Sequence record: MK250026.1
Length of the DNA: 40,000 nucleotides
Direction: 5' to 3' (one strand)
DNA from: Prevotella phage Lak-B7
Both the position numbers and the translations under genes were made by a program. Positions 23,904-33,011 of the stretch are shown here, piece after piece. Position 1 is the stretch's first letter. Each line of letters begins with the position of its first letter. Below the pieces are notes generated by a model. It saw only the letters and a list, made by a program, of their open reading frames with translations, had not been told where the DNA came from and made no database searches.

Positions 23904-23911
23904 TATCTTTG
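23904..23911 (+). promoter_or_regulatory. Bacteroidetes-type -7 element TATCTTTG
   Basis: TTTGATGTATCTTTGTAATA, directly after the terminator and about 40 nt upstream of the ATG at 23951. Confidence 0.7.
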
Positions 23912-23950
23912 TAATATAATAAATAAGTTAGATAATTAAAAAATAAAATT

Positions 23951-24157
23951 ATGATTAAATATATTTTTGCGTTTGTAATGTTCCTTATGGTATTTGGAAT
24001 TATCTGTTTGCCATTTTATGTAATTTATCAAGGATTCGTATTGGTTGCATCTGGTTCACTATGGGGAATTCTTTCTGTTGCCGTAGGATTGATTATACTT
24101 AGGTTGTTTAAACCTATTTCAAATTTGTATGAAAATAAAGATTTTAAAATATTTTAA
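23951..24157 (+). CDS. Small membrane protein, 68 aa, two hydrophobic segments
   Basis: MIKYIFAFVMFLMVFGIICLPFYVIYQGFVLVASGSLWGILSVAVGLIILRLF... Confidence 0.65.
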   Translation: MIKYIFAFVMFLMVFGIICLPFYVIYQGFVLVASGSLWGILSVAVGLIILRLFKPISNLYENKDFKIF

Positions 24158-24160
24158 CAT

Positions 24161-24580
24161 ATGGTTTACATTGATATTAAAACAGTTTCATATAATGAAC
24201 TTAAGAATTTGATTAATTCAGAAGCATTTATGTTTGATAATGAAAATGATTCAAATGTAAATCTTACTAAATTGATTCAACCGATGTTTATTAAAATTAT
24301 GTGCAGAGATACATTACGTATTAACGCATATAAGGATAATATTGGTAAAGTTCATATTATGAATGGAGAGAATGAATTTTCAGCTATTAATGAATTGATA
24401 AGCGGAAATATTTGTATTACAGATTTTCCTGAATCATTTAAGCAGTTCAATAATCTTCCATATAATGAATGGCATTCATATAATAAGAAACAAATAGAGA
24501 TTACACCTGTATTTGAACTTCATATTTTGGAATGTCCTAATGAAGATGAAAAACAGTTTTATTTAAATATGATTAAATAA
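24161..24580 (+). CDS. Hypothetical protein, 139 aa
   Basis: Track ORF. Confidence 0.65.
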   Translation: MVYIDIKTVSYNELKNLINSEAFMFDNENDSNVNLTKLIQPMFIKIMCRDTLRINAYKDNIGKVHIMNGENEFSAINELISGNICITDFPESFKQFNNLPYNEWHSYNKKQIEITPVFELHILECPNEDEKQFYLNMIK

Positions 24581-24600
24581 ACATTTTTATTGTTCTTCAT

Positions 24601-24608
24601 TATAAATA
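24601..24608 (+). promoter_or_regulatory. TATAAATA box
   Basis: Exact match, about 35 nt upstream of the ATG at 24643. Confidence 0.35.
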
Positions 24609-24642
24609 GTTGTGAAAGATTAAAATAAAATAATTAATAACT

Positions 24643-25191
24643 ATGGACGATCAGAAACAATATATACAGGATGATAATGAGAATGTATATAAGGTTATGC
24701 CAACTCATTATCTTAAATTATCTCCATGGAATGATGGTGAGGATCGTCGTGTAATGGAGAAAGATATAAATGGATATAAGTATATATCATATAAAAACGC
24801 ATGTATGATTATTAATAATCAATTTGCGAATAAGACAGAAAAATGGACACATAATGGTAAGGAGTACATTGCATCAAAAATAAATGAAGATAAATCTGTA
24901 GATGAATATACAGCTTTAATCAGTATGTTACCAAACCATAAAGCTATCCTTCATGATAGCAAGAATCTCATGAAACATTTTAAAGATGAAATGTCTCTTA
25001 CAATTACATCTGAGGATAATAGTACAGAATTGAAAATGGTTAAACATAAGGGAAAGATTTATTATATTCTTCTTTTAAATAAACCATGTTCTCGAGTAAA
25101 AGCATATAATCTTTTTGGAGAATTTGTTCAATGGGTAGGAATTAAAGATTGCAAACCTATTTTTTGTGAAACAACTAAAAAATATATTTAA
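24643..25191 (+). CDS. Hypothetical protein, 182 aa
   Basis: Track ORF. Confidence 0.65.
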   Translation: MDDQKQYIQDDNENVYKVMPTHYLKLSPWNDGEDRRVMEKDINGYKYISYKNACMIINNQFANKTEKWTHNGKEYIASKINEDKSVDEYTALISMLPNHKAILHDSKNLMKHFKDEMSLTITSEDNSTELKMVKHKGKIYYILLLNKPCSRVKAYNLFGEFVQWVGIKDCKPIFCETTKKYI

Positions 25192-25193
25192 TT

Positions 25194-25679
25194 ATGAAAT
25201 TACATAACGGCATTTATCATACAAGAAATTCATATAGTAAAGACTGTAAATTTTGGAAAGAAAAGTGTATTCCTTATATTGAATGGTATAAGAAACATCG
25301 ACTTAGAAATATTCAATTGAGAGAACATAGAATTCCAGATGATTATGATAAGAGAGATGTTATGTCTCATCTTATGCATTGTTATACAGATTTATATATG
25401 CAATCACATATTGGACGTGTAAAGAAATCTGTTATACGAAAAATATTTAATTATTGGTATAAACAACCGGGCGCATATCTTAAGAATGATGAATATCTTA
25501 ATTATGATATTTTAACACCATATCCTATGTATACAGGAGATAGAGATGATGTTAGATTCCCTGTAGGTGAACCTGGTTGTTTTATTCTCTATATTACATT
25601 ATTTAAAAGAAATAAGAATGCTCTTACGAAGAAACAACAAAAATTATTGAATGAACTTCATTCATATAGAGAAAAATAA
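25194..25679 (+). CDS. Hypothetical protein, 161 aa
   Basis: Track ORF. Confidence 0.65.
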   Translation: MKLHNGIYHTRNSYSKDCKFWKEKCIPYIEWYKKHRLRNIQLREHRIPDDYDKRDVMSHLMHCYTDLYMQSHIGRVKKSVIRKIFNYWYKQPGAYLKNDEYLNYDILTPYPMYTGDRDDVRFPVGEPGCFILYITLFKRNKNALTKKQQKLLNELHSYREK

Positions 25680-25686
25680 ATTTATT

Positions 25687-26541
25687 ATGAATAATTTTGA
25701 TGATGCAATAAAAAAGAAATTATTAGAAGATGTTAATAATTTCAATGATATAATTTATAATAGAAAGACTATTAATGAAAGTTCTATTAATAGAATGTTT
25801 TATTGGATTAATACATGTGATTGCGCATTTATTATTGCATTTAGATATGAATTAACAAATGTAGTAAATCCTGATAAAACATATTACGGACCTAATAATG
25901 ATTGGAAAGATAAAAAGATATTCACTCATGAAGAGAATCGCATGAAGAATAAATTGCTTTATGGTGAATTACTTAAATTAAAATATGGTGTTATCAAGGT
26001 AAAAGGTGTATATCCAGAAGGTATGGATAAAGAATCATCTGAAGAAAGTTATTTAGTTGTAAATAGATTTAATGATCTTGAATTTTTAAATAATATTTTA
26101 AGATTAGGAGAATTTTATAATCAAGACTCTATCTATTATAAGCCGAAGAATAAAACATATGGTTATCTTATAGGCACGAATAATGCATACCCAGGTTATC
26201 ATAAGAAAGGAGATGAAAGTACATTAAAATTAGGTACTGCTTCAAATTTTATGTCACGACTTGGAAATAAAGCATTCTCATTTATTCCAAAAAATGCTAT
26301 TAAATTTAATAATAAAGAAGATGCAGTAAATACAGAATCTGAATATCAAAAGTATTGGACAGATTATTCAGGAACGTCATTTAAAGATAGAAAAAAGAAC
26401 AGAACAATAAATCCTAAATTACAAGAAGCTTTAGAATTTTGGAGAACTAATTTAGGTGGTATTGATATTATTGAAAAAATGCATCCAAAAACAAGATTAT
26501 GTATGTTTAGTTTTTTAAGAGAAAATTTAAATAATGAATAA
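25687..26541 (+). CDS. Hypothetical protein, about 284 aa
   Basis: Track ORF, with internal ATG at 25687 preferred to the earlier start at 25651: MNNFDDAIKKKLLEDVNNFND... Confidence 0.65.
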   Translation: MNNFDDAIKKKLLEDVNNFNDIIYNRKTINESSINRMFYWINTCDCAFIIAFRYELTNVVNPDKTYYGPNNDWKDKKIFTHEENRMKNKLLYGELLKLKYGVIKVKGVYPEGMDKESSEESYLVVNRFNDLEFLNNILRLGEFYNQDSIYYKPKNKTYGYLIGTNNAYPGYHKKGDESTLKLGTASNFMSRLGNKAFSFIPKNAIKFNNKEDAVNTESEYQKYWTDYSGTSFKDRKKNRTINPKLQEALEFWRTNLGGIDIIEKMHPKTRLCMFSFLRENLNNE

Positions 26542-27544
26542 TAAAGATAATTAGATAATTTCAAAATATATAGAAAATAATTCTATTAAAAAGAATTGTC
26601 AATATTGGAATCATATAGATACAGATGATCAAATTTATATTAAAGATAAATTTAAACATATCAAAGATATAAAATTATCAGAATGTCTCTATATGATTCT
26701 TCATCATTTAGATAATAGACCAATTTGTCCTATATGTCATAAAGAAATAAAACTAGAAAGATTCTCATTAGGATACAAAACATTTTGCTCTAATACATGT
26801 AAATATTCAGATAAAGGAAAACAACTTATTCATGAAAAACAAAAGGAGACATGTTTAGAAAAGTATGGAGTTGATAATCCTATGAAAGATATTTCCATCA
26901 AAAATAAATCTATATCTAAATGTAAAGAAACAAATAAACGAAAATACAATGTTGAATATAATTTTCAACGTGAAGATATAAGAAAACAAATTATTCAAAC
27001 AGTAAAAAATAAAACCGGTTATGAATATGCGTTTTTAAATAAAGAAAAAGTATTATATACATTACATAATAAATATGGCTCTGGTATAGATAATGTATTT
27101 CAATTAGATAGTATTAAAGATAAATCGAATAAAACAAAAGAATTAAATAATAGTTTTAATACTTCTAAATATGAAGATTTAACATATGAAATATTAAGAG
27201 AACATTATAGTAATGTAATAAGACAATTTAAATCAGAATTATATCCATTTAATTGTGATTTTTATATTGTAGATAAAGATACATATATAGAAATAAATGC
27301 AAGTTGGACACATGGCAAACATCCATTTAATGAGGATGATTTAAATGATGTTAAACTTTATAATGAATGGATGAATAAATCAGACTATTATAAGAATTCT
27401 GCTTATAATTGGAGATTTAGAGATACAAAGAAAAGGAATATTGCAAAAGAAAATAATTTAAGATATTTTGAAATATTCCCTATAAATATAGAAGATTTAA
27501 AAAATAAATTGAAAAAAATTATTCAAAAAATAGACAATTTATAA
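26534..27544 (+). CDS. Putative free-standing homing endonuclease (zinc-finger plus Vsr/EDxHD-like catalytic region), 336 aa with TAG as sense
   Basis: MNNKDNQIISKYIENNS...RPICPICHKEIKLERFSLGYKTFCSNTCKYSD...CLEKYGVDNPMKD...LYPFNCDFYIVDKDTYIEINASWTHGKHPFNEDD...NNLRYFEIFP; overlaps the previous gene. Confidence 0.7.
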
Positions 27545-27553
27545 AATTTCTTC

Positions 27554-27561
27554 TATAAATA
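27554..27561 (+). promoter_or_regulatory. TATAAATA box
   Basis: TCTATAAATAGA, 26 nt upstream of the ATG at 27587. Confidence 0.4.
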
Positions 27562-27586
27562 GATAGAATAAAGAAAATTAGGAATA

Positions 27587-28711
27587 ATGCCTAAGAAAGT
27601 TTAGTTTGAAGAATTTGAGTAGAGATTAAAAAATAAATTTGGTGATAAGTTTAAATATATTGATTTAAGTTTAATAGATAAAGAAAACTTTAATTATTTA
27701 GATAAGTATCCTATTAAATGTTTAATACATAATAAAATAGCATATAAAGAGCCGAAAATCTTTTTAAGATCTACAACATTAAATATATGTAGTAAATGTC
27801 AAAGGGAATAGCAAGTTCGTGATTCACATAAAATGCATGAAGGTAAAGAAAGACATTATACATCAGTTGATGAATTTCTAGAGCGTTTATATTAGAAATA
27901 TAAAGATAAAATAACTATTGATAAAAATGATATTTTATTAAATAAAAATGGTTCAGTAAATTTTTCATAGAAAATGAAATTTATATGTCAAAAACATGGT
28001 GAATTTTATTGTAAACCATCCGATATATTTCGTTCAACTCATGGATGCTCAAAATGTGCTAATGAATATATGAAATTAAAAAATATTCAATATGGTGAAG
28101 AACGAAGATAGTCATTTATAAATGATGCTATTAAAATTCATGGTAATCAATATGATTATTCAAAGGTTGATATAACAGGTAAACTAAAAAAAGTTGAAAT
28201 TATATGTAAAGATCACGGTTCATTTTTTATGATGCCATCTTTACATTTAAGAGGTGAAGGTTGTAAACTTTGTAATAAAACAAATTTATTAAATTGTGAA
28301 CGACGTTTATATCAAATATTAATTGATAATTTTCCTAATGAAGAAATTATTAAATAGTATCATAACTTTTTAGGAAGACAAAGTTTAGATTTTTATTTTC
28401 CTAAATATAAAATAGGAATAGAATATCAAGGTAAGCAACATTTTGTTACTAGTGAATATTTACATAATGACACAAGGCATTCATTAAAACATTAGAAAGA
28501 ACTTGATGAAAAGAAGTTCAATAAATGTAAAGAACATAATGTTACACTTTTATATTTTACATTTGATAAATAGTATGAAAATATTGAATATTACTCAAAA
28601 CTATATGTAAATATAAAAGACTTAATTGAAAAAATACAATATATAATAAATAATTACAATGTTTGCGTTAATAGTAATACAGACATTGAGCAACAAAAAT
28701 TAAATACATAA
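27587..28711 (+). CDS. Putative free-standing endonuclease with repeated HG..YDYS / CxxHGxF / GCxxC modules, 374 aa with TAG as sense
   Basis: ...AIKIHGNQYDYSKVDITGKLKKVEIICKDHGSFFMMPSLHLRGEGCKLCNKTN...ERRLYQILIDNFPNEEIIKQYHNFLGRQSLDFYFPKYKIGIEYQGKQHF...; about 10 in-frame TAG; ends 6 nt before the dnaK ATG. Confidence 0.75.
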
Positions 28712-28717
28712 TAAATT

Positions 28718-31266
28718 ATGAGCAACAAAAAAGTAGTTGGAATTGATTTAGGTACTGGAAACAGTGCGGTAGCCATCATCGAGAATGGCGTAGCTAAAGT
28801 AATTGAAAATGCAGATGGTTATAAGACAACTCCATCTGTAGTGTACATCAAGGGTGATGAAACAAAAATTGGTGCAGCCGCAAAACGTGGTATGGTAATG
28901 AATCCAAAGAATACCATTTCATTTGTAAAGCGTTTTATGGGTGCTAAATGGGATGATCCTGATGTACAGAAGATGTTAAAGATGGTAACATATGATGTTA
29001 TCGATGAAAATGGAAATCCTCGTCTTAAGATTGACGATAAAACATATTCACCAGAGCAAATTTCATCTATGATTCTTAAGAATATGTATGAAGTTGCAAA
29101 GGGATTCTATGGAACAGAAGATTGTAAAGACGCTGTTATTACTGTTCCTGCATGGTTTAATGATATTCAGCGTAATGCTACAAAGGTAGCAGGTCAGTTG
29201 GCTGGTTTGAATGTTCTTCGTATTATTAATGAGCCAACTGCAGCAGTTCTTTCTTCAAATATTGATACAAAATCTGGAGATAAGATTGTTCTTGTTAATG
29301 ATCTCGGTTGTAAATATTCTGTTACTGCATCCGCGCTTGCTGCTTAATCACTAAAGCAAGTGTAAAGTTAAAAACCCGTTAATTGCTGAGAGTCCCACGT
29401 TAGTTATATACTAATGATAAAAATGGTCTTAAATACCGCTATTAGATGGTGACATACTAATTAGCACCAACTTTAATGTGTTGGGTATGGTAAAAAGTTT
29501 AAGAATTGGGTGACCGCCGTAAATCTTAAAATATATTAAGATAGAGCAGCCAAGTATCTTGGTAACAAGATAAAGGTTCAACGACTAGAAAAAGTAATCC
29601 TATTAATTTATGAAGAAATTTCCACGAATGCGGGTTAGTTTAGAAGTGGTACAAGTGATATAAGATAAATATTTAAAGTATTTATTTATCTTATGATTAA
29701 TACATAGTTCTTTGATTTATTGATTAAACACATATTTAAATTATATGATGAAAATAATAATTTGGAATTTAAGTTTGTGTTTGATTATGAATTAAATGAA
29801 TTTAATCAATAACTTCTAAATGAAAGAGATAGTCTTGAGGAATGAAAGTTCCTCGGTAAGATAAAGAGCTTACAAAGTTAAATAGAAACAAATAGGGTAC
29901 AGAGGATGTTTCTATTGTTGAGATTTCTGATGGTATGATTGAGGTTCTTGCATCTGATGGTGATGTGTTCCTTGGCGGTCAGAATTATGATAATGCCATT
30001 GTTCAGTGGCTTATCGATGAGTTTAAGAAAGATACAGGTATTGATTTGAGTAAGGATAAGATGGCATATGCACGTCTTGTAGAGGCAGCAGAGAAAGCAA
30101 AGTGTGAGTTGTCAACTACTACTCAGACAGAGATTAACCTTCCTTATATTACTGTATCTGATGGTGTTCCTCAGATGTTGATTAAGACTCTTAATCGCGC
30201 TACATTTGAGAGACTTACAGAAGATCTTACAAATAAGGTTGTAGAGATTGCACATCGTGCTGTAGAGAAGGCAGGTATTACAGAGGATCAGATTAGTGAG
30301 ATTCTTCTTGTTGGTGGTTCTTCACGTATTCCTTCAGTTCAGGATGCATTGGAGAAGTCATTTAACAAACCTTTGAATAAGACCTGTAATTTTGATGAGG
30401 CTGTTGCACTTGGTGCTGCTATTCAGGCAAATACACTTGCAGGTAATGCAACAGAGGATTCAGTACTTCTTTTGGATGTTACACCAATTTCACTTGGTAT
30501 TGAGGTAAATGGTTGTGAGATGGCTAAGTTGATTGAAGCTAATACAACTATTCCTACACGTAAGTCACAGACATTTACAACTGCAGTAGATAATCAACCA
30601 GCTGTAACTATTAAGGTACTTCAGGGTGAACGTCCAATGTCCGCTGATAATAAGGTAATTGGTACATTTAATTTGGAGGGTATTGCACCAGCTCCTAAGG
30701 GTGTTCCTCAGATTGAAGTAACATTTGATATTAATGCGGATGGTATTCTTGAAGTAACTGCAAAGGATAAGGGTACAAATAAGGAACAGAAGGTAACAAT
30801 TCAGTCTCCTAACGCACTTTCTGATGAAGAGATTGCACGTATTAAGGCAGATGCTGAGAAGTTTGCAGAAGCAGATAAGAAGAAGAAAGAGGAAGTTGAT
30901 AAGTTGAATACTGCAGAACAATATGCAACACAGGTTCAGAAGTATATTGATGATGAGAAAACAGGTGCATCTGTTCCATCTGATAAGAAAGAAACATTGA
31001 AGACAAAGATTACTGCAGTTCTTGATGCAGTTTCTAAGAAGGATGTATCAGCAGCAGAGACTGCACGTGCAGATCTTGAAACTGTATTTAAACCTATTGT
31101 TGAGGAAATGTATAAGAATGCAGGTGGTGCAACAGCAGGTCAACCTCAGAATGAATCACAGGGAAATCCATTTGCTAATGCAGGATTTGGTGATGCAAAT
31201 GCTTCAACTTCTGATACTAAGGCAGATGATGACGTTCAAGAGGCAGATTTTGAGGAAGTAAAGTAA
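28718..31266 (+). CDS. dnaK: Chaperone DnaK (Hsp70), interrupted: exon 1 28718-29311, exon 2 29896-31266; about 654 aa spliced
   Basis: MSNKKVVGIDLGTGNSAVAIIENGVAKVIENADGYKTTPSVV...GLNVLRIINEPTAAVLSS...VNDLGC | GTEDVSIVEISDGMIEVLASDGDVFLGGQNYDN...LLLDVTPISLGIEVNG...DADDDVQEADFEEVK; exon phases match. Confidence 0.93.
29312..29895 (+). other. Group I self-splicing intron in dnaK (about 584 nt)
   Basis: P7 strands GACTA in GTTCAACGACTAGAAAAAG and TAGTC in AAGAGATAGTC. P9-like hairpin GAGGAA-tgaaag-TTCCTC. Proposed P1 CGGUUGU| with GCAUCCG (U.G at the splice site, one mismatch) and P10 GGUA with UACU. Splicing restores the dnaK frame across conserved motif DLGxGT. Confidence 0.85.
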
Positions 31267-31380
31267 TAAAAATATAAGGTCTTGAAATATAGACCTTATT
31301 CTAAATAAGTTATATATATTATAACAATATACAATTTAGAAATAATGAAAACTATTAAAAGTGAGTAAAAGTATGTAAAG

Positions 31381-31420
31381 AAGGGACGTTATCATGGAAA
31401 TTGTATAACGTCCCTTTTTA
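31381..31420 (+). terminator. Intrinsic terminator between dnaK and dnaJ
   Basis: AAGGGACGTTAT-N12-ATAACGTCCCTT followed by TTTTA. Confidence 0.85.
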
Positions 31421-31450
31421 TGTTTAAACATTAATTTATTTGATTTAAAT

Positions 31451-32539
31451 ATGGCAAAAGACTTGTATGATATATTAGGTATTGAGAAAGGTTGTAATGA
31501 TCAGAAAAAGATTAAAACTGCATTTAGACAACTTTCTAAGAAATACCATCCAGATATGCAGAGAGGAAAATCAGATGCAGAGGTAAAGGAAGCTGAGGAA
31601 AAGTTTAAGGATGTTAACCATGCATATGAAGTTTTGAGTGATCCTCAAAAGAAAGAGAATTATGATAATTTTGGTGATGAAAATGGAAGACCAAATCCAT
31701 TTGGAGGCTCCGGTGGTTTTAATCCATTTGGTGGTGATTTTGATCCATTTGGAGGATTTAATCCATTTGGAGGATTTGGTGGAAGTTCACGTCAGAAGAA
31801 AAATCAGGTTCAACCAGGTAGAGATATTCAGATGAAGATTCCTGTATCTATTGAAGATATATTTAAGGGAGTTAAGAAGAGTGTTAAATTTAAGAGAAAC
31901 GTAAGGTGCTCTGTATGTCATGGTGCAGGTGGAACTGGTCAGAAGACATGTCCAAAGTGTCATGGAACTGGTAGAATTATTCATCAGCAGCAATTTGCAA
32001 TGGGGTCATTCTCTATTCATGAAGAAGTTTGTCCATTGTGTCATGGAACTGGTTTTTATGTAGAGAACAAATGTGATAAGTGTGGTGGTTCTGGATTTGA
32101 TAAGAAAGAAGTAAAACTTGATATTGAATTACCATCTGGTGTACAGAATGGAGAATATCGTGTATATAGTGGTGAAGGATCCGAATCAAAGAATGTTTCA
32201 GGACCTAATGGTAATTTTATCGCTATTGCAGATTATACGTTTGATACAGATAGGTATCAGGTTGATGGGTTGAATGTAGTTGAACATATTCATGTCCCTT
32301 ATTATAAATTGTTGCTTGGCTGTTCATATACTCTTAATATTCCTTCTGGTGTAAGTAAGGTTGTTAAGTTGAAGAGTTGTATTAAGGAAGGAACAATTAT
32401 GAGATTAACTGGTGAAGGACTTAAGAGACCTGATGGTCAAAAGGGTGATTACTTCATTTGTGTTCATTATCAATTTCCAGAAGACCTTAGTGCGAATGAT
32501 AGAGCATTGCTTGAAGTTATAGAGAAAAACAATAAATAA
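31451..32539 (+). CDS. dnaJ: Co-chaperone DnaJ (Hsp40), 362 aa
   Basis: J domain with HPD (FRQLSKKYHPDMQRGK); Gly/Phe region; four CxxCxGxG zinc motifs (CSVCHGAG, CPKCHGTG, CPLCHGTG, CDKCGGSG). Confidence 0.95.
   Translation: MAKDLYDILGIEKGCNDQKKIKTAFRQLSKKYHPDMQRGKSDAEVKEAEEKFKDVNHAYEVLSDPQKKENYDNFGDENGRPNPFGGSGGFNPFGGDFDPFGGFNPFGGFGGSSRQKKNQVQPGRDIQMKIPVSIEDIFKGVKKSVKFKRNVRCSVCHGAGGTGQKTCPKCHGTGRIIHQQQFAMGSFSIHEEVCPLCHGTGFYVENKCDKCGGSGFDKKEVKLDIELPSGVQNGEYRVYSGEGSESKNVSGPNGNFIAIADYTFDTDRYQVDGLNVVEHIHVPYYKLLLGCSYTLNIPSGVSKVVKLKSCIKEGTIMRLTGEGLKRPDGQKGDYFICVHYQFPEDLSANDRALLEVIEKNNK
31690..31781 (+). repeat. Short degenerate tandem repeat encoding the DnaJ G/F region
   Basis: Reiterated CCATTTGGAGG(A) units encoding NPFGG/DPFGG. 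Confidence 0.7.
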
Positions 32540-32559
32540 TATTTATTAAAACAATTTAG

Positions 32560-32600
32560 CTATTTTTATATATAAATAAAAATAGCTATTTTTATTTTGT
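32560..32600 (+). terminator. Hairpin terminator with an embedded TATAAATA box
   Basis: TAGCTATTTTTAT-ATATAA-ATAAAAATAGCTA followed by TTTTTATTTT. TATAAATA at 32571-32578, 28 nt upstream of the gp55-like ATG. Confidence 0.65.
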
Positions 32601-32605
32601 AAACC

Positions 32606-32992
32606 ATGGAAGATTTTAGTAAAGTAGAAGGTATTAAGACTAAAGGTGGAAAACCTTATGTGTAGAATAAAGAACTTATGAAAGAGATTGTACTTTCAAA
32701 GTAGAGAGATGAACTTACATATAACGCTGTTGTTATGCTTTAGTTAATTGCCGAAAATTTAGCAAAGAAAAAACATTATAAATGTCAAGAGGATAAAGAA
32801 GATTGCATACAAACAGCAATGATGGATGTTGCCATGTATTGGAGAAGCTTTGACCCTGAGAGATTTAATAATCCATTTGCTTATTATACAAGTATGTTAT
32901 GTAATGGATTATCAAAAGGATGGAATAAGATATATGGTAAATTTAAAGCATCTGAGATGACAAGTCTTGACAACAATATACATTCATTTTAA
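32606..32992 (+). CDS. T4 gp55-like late-transcription sigma factor, 128 aa with three in-frame TAG
   Basis: MEDFSKVEGIKTKGGKPYVQNKELMKEIVLSKQRDELTYNAVVMLQLIAENLAKKKHYKCQEDKEDCIQTAMMDVAMYWRSFDPERFNNPFAYYTSMLCNGLSKGWNKIYGKF...; layout as in T4 gp55 (NNKELL..I / LAIMLIAEGLSK / Y.NPHAYITQACFNAF). Confidence 0.8.
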
Positions 32993-33011
32993 AATTAAAT
33001 AATATAAATTT

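Noticed and set aside
29312-29934. dnaK disrupted as a pseudogene, or a second split intein
   Set aside because: Group I core sequences (P7 strands), P1/P10 candidates and matching exon phase fit an intron. The in-frame extension KYSVTASALAA lacks intein motifs.
30565-30921. Antisense ORF (118 aa) inside dnaK exon 2, and the overlapping ORF 31022-31261
   Set aside because: Low-complexity shadow ORFs opposite or overlapping a strongly supported Hsp70 reading frame.
31331-31362. Tiny ORF MKTIKSE and nearby reading frames between dnaK and dnaJ
   Set aside because: Too short, and overlaps the terminator region; no supporting signal.
31638-31993. Extra ORFs overlapping dnaJ
   Set aside because: Leu/His/Ile-rich products from the G/F repeat in the wrong frame.
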